A DNA stretch of 64,000 nt. Source: Botryllus schlosseri. Lineage: Eukaryota. The DNA lies in NCBI GenBank assembly GCA_051294905.1, contig CM119371.1:11782001-11846000 (forward strand). The letters run 5' to 3'. Of this stretch, positions 63,807 to 64,000 are shown in pieces (the stretch's first letter is position 1; each line of letters opens with the position of its first letter). The translations under genes and the position numbers were made by a program. The notes under the pieces are model-generated. The model was not told the DNA's origin and did no database searches. It saw only the letters and a list, made by a program, of their open reading frames with translations.

Positions 63807-64000
63807 CACGGGCGGGCAACATACGGCCCGCGGGCCTGATCCAGCCCGCGATGGGATTTTGTCCGACCCGCGGACTGTTTCCCGTCTTGCATGATAATTT
63901 GGCCCGCGGCCCCAGTCTGCCGAGATTCCCCGCTATTTGCTTAAACGTCACATATTAGTGACTGCATGTTATTATATACGTGTGTACGCAGTCTGGGAGA
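63807..64000. mobile_element. Left end of a Charlie-like MITE (family of 8334 and 21602), runs off the window
   Basis: cacgggcgggcaacatacggcccgcgggcc.. is colinear with 21602 onward. Confidence 0.85.

Overview
Eukaryotic, AT-rich, transposon-saturated invertebrate DNA. An ascidian-like marine deuterostome is my guess, but the organism cannot be determined from the sequence. Two intron-containing host genes can be reconstructed with phase-compatible GT-AG splices, transcribed divergently: a 4-exon PIM-family Ser/Thr kinase (minus, 37202-39767) and a strongly divergent forkhead-box gene (plus, ~51816-54171) with an altered recognition helix. The largest element is a complete 5.7 kb Mutator (MULE) transposon (9191-14931) with a 10-bp TSD and tandem-repeat foldback TIRs. 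Its single reading frame fuses a PHD finger, a vertnin-like OTU cysteine-protease domain and a DDE transposase broken only by two in-frame TAA codons, one at the catalytic Glu position. It sits in a stack of up to five nested elements. The rest comprises more than 15 hAT MITEs with 8-bp TSDs (one carrying two joined 28S rRNA fragments), an EnSpm-like element, a Kolobok-like foldback, Helentron-like and Chapaev-like remnants, a decayed Ulp1+PHD ORF, CR1/L2-group and Tx1/L1 LINE fragments and a tRNA-derived SINE. No CRISPR array or intact tRNA/rRNA gene was found. All family assignments are from motif recognition by eye, not database searches.
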